Positions 62,735-64,000 of a stretch of DNA of 64,000 nt are shown one piece after another. Within the stretch, counting starts at the first letter, position 1, and each line of letters opens with the position of its first letter. The stretch is from Pristiophorus japonicus (taxonomy: Eukaryota), in contig NC_092002.1 of NCBI RefSeq assembly GCF_044704955.1, positions 13,702,001 through 13,766,000 of the forward strand, written 5' to 3'. The notes beneath the pieces are model-generated. The model worked only from the letters and a program-made list of their open reading frames with translations. It did not search any database and had not been told where the DNA came from. The position numbers were made by a program, and so were the translations under genes.

Positions 62735-64000
62735 GTGGCCCCAAATTTCGTGCCGCGGCGAAAACAGCGCACCTCCGAGCTGGGCACCTGTTTTTTGCGC
62801 CGAAAACTGTGCCTAAAAAAAAATCCGATATCAAGGAGCTCGATGTCTGCTTGGTGCGGCGCGCTCTTCGCAGCAGGGGGCGGAGCCTAACACTCGCGAC
62901 GATTTTCTAAGCAGTAGGGGGCGGATACAATTTAAATTAGCCTTCGTGGTGCCGGCAACCCTGCGCATGCGCTTTGGAGCGTGCGCGCATGCGCAGTCTC
63001 TCTCAAACATTGGCACTCAGCCATTTTTTAAAATACTGCAGAAAAAGTGAACATTTGTTTCTTGGACCCCTGCAAAGGCTTGTAATTTAATTTTTTTTGA
63101 TATTTCTGTGTGTGAGGGAGTGCTTTTAGCAGCACTGCTGAATAAATCACCTGCTGAAATCAGTGAGTTCAGCTTTTCACTGCTAAACTTGCAGAACCGG
63201 TGCTGCATTGGTGCATGCAAATTAAGGACTGTGTGTTTGGAGAAATAAGAGTGCCAATTCAACTTTGCAATAATATGTGGTTTTGACAATGCAGCACCCA
63301 TTCTGCAAATTTAAATATAAAACTGTCGATGTGGCTGCCTCTTCCTGTCCAAATGGCCTCAGTCCCCCTCACAGCTCGAAGGCTGCTGCTGTATCTTTGA
63401 CTGCCGGCCAGCCACTGACGCCGCTGATATCCTATGGCCGAATGGCCTCACGTCTGTCCGCTGCTGATTCTTTGGCTGCCGGCCAGCCACTGACGCCGCC
63501 CCTAAAGCATGGCAGAATGGCCTCAAGAACCTTAATGAGCTGCGTGTATCCTGTGTTGATTCTTCGGCTGCCAGTCAGCCACTGACGCCGCAGCTATCTC
63601 ATGGCCGAATGGCCTCGGGTCCGTCCGGTGCTGTTTCTTCGCGGCCAGCCAAGAAGAGAATGAAGGCCTGCCTCAAGCACTGCAGCTCAGCTCGAAGCTT
63701 GCTGCTGCTGCCGTCGAGACACTGACGCCACACCGCTGCCTGTCTCCAACATGAAAGGCCTGCCTGATGCACTTTCACACAGGTAGGAACATGGTTTATT
63801 TAATCTTTTCTTTGCTTATAAATTTTTATTCAGGTTGGATTTATTTGTATAAGTATAACTAAGGATTGATTGTAGAATTTAATGACTTCCCTCCCCCCCC
63901 CCCCCCCCCCCACCTTGTTCCCTACGCCTGATTTTCTAAAGTGTAGACAAGGTTTTTTCGAGCGTACAAAAATCTTCACTTACTCCATTCTAAGTTAGTT
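62735..64000. mobile_element. Insertion interrupting gag, probably a Harbinger-type DNA element, containing a GC-rich minisatellite
   Basis: Abrupt composition change at ggccccaaattt; three or more copies of gccagccactgacgccgc..atggccgaatggcctc at 63400-63740. Confidence 0.5.

Overview
Repeat-dense vertebrate genomic DNA, very probably from a cartilaginous fish (shark-type CR1/HER1 LINEs, DeuSINE/SacSINE1-like SINEs, RTE, L2, Tx1 and Penelope families). Under the TE load the window is a tandem segmental amplicon: about three copies plus the start of a fourth, roughly 13-21 kb each depending on later insertions. The amplicon carries three kinds of gene material. (i) Six minus-strand copies (A-F) of a 3-exon Myb/SANT-like gene of the PIF/Harbinger-derived NAIF1/MSANTD type. 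All six have an intact 240-nt DNA-binding exon; A, C and F splice to full 365-376 aa ORFs, while B, D and E are truncated. (ii) Three CpG-rich promoters, each with a divergent signal-peptide first exon resembling TMEM87A/B exon 1. (iii) Intronless, decayed MROH1/maestro-like fragments. Copies within a sub-array are only about 150-230 bp apart, with no promoter or polyA signal between them, and their exon phases are interchangeable, which suggests a read-through or cassette-type locus. The right end holds a Penelope element and a decayed ERV (3' LTR, gamma-type env, pol, gag) with a candidate -1 frameshift signal. Family assignments come from motif recognition and remembered homologs, not database searches.
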